Below are positions 44,060 to 44,069 of a stretch of 44,069 nt of DNA, piece after piece. Numbering within the stretch: position 1 is the first letter of the stretch; the number at the start of each line of letters is the position of its first letter. Source of the DNA: a virus (taxonomy: Duplodnaviria; Caudoviricetes); IMG/VR virus record IMGVR_UViG_3300049043_000058, positions 1-44,069 of that record; one strand, 5' to 3'. A program made the translations under genes and the position numbers. The notes beneath the pieces are model-generated. The model was given only the letters and a program-made list of their open reading frames with translations, had not been told where the DNA came from and did not search any database.

Positions 44060-44069
44060 AAAAAAAAAA

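Overview
The window looks like a raw, error-rich Oxford Nanopore read, with pervasive 1-2 nt indels and ligation-adapter remnants at 3280-3325 and 44037-44059. It is a chimera of three unrelated pieces. (A) 1-3279 is an early-gene region of a cyanophage-like tailed phage. It has small minus-strand ORFs (AP2-domain, CxxCxGxG Zn-finger and truncated DUF932-like proteins) and three related promoter/GCGA-hairpin cassettes. (B) ~3326-41825 is most of the genome of a podovirus-like phage resembling freshwater actinobacterial phages. Its left part holds DnaB-like helicase, Holliday junction resolvase, split primase, DUF1599, endonuclease VII, a sigma-like factor and a C5 DNA methyltransferase. Next come a minus-strand early operon led by an ArdC-N-like gene and a divergent control region. 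The late genes follow: terminase, portal, four putative internal virion proteins, scaffold, major capsid, collagen-like fibre, glycosyltransferase, tail genes with two HNH insertions, and a lysis cassette. (C) ~41826-44036 is eukaryote-like or low-quality sequence with (CA)n/(GT)n microsatellites. The most interesting signal is the 13170-13890 control region, with three perfect DnaA boxes, WhiA-type GACACGC motifs, a perfect CRP site and a switch-like RNA leader, next to a ~5 kb early region lacking TGCA. Other signals are a pseudoknot leader before scaffold/capsid and a Gly-X-Thr collagen gene coupled to a glycosyltransferase. Most CDS ends are reconstructed by eye across frameshifts and are approximate. 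Family assignments are from motif recognition, not database searches.
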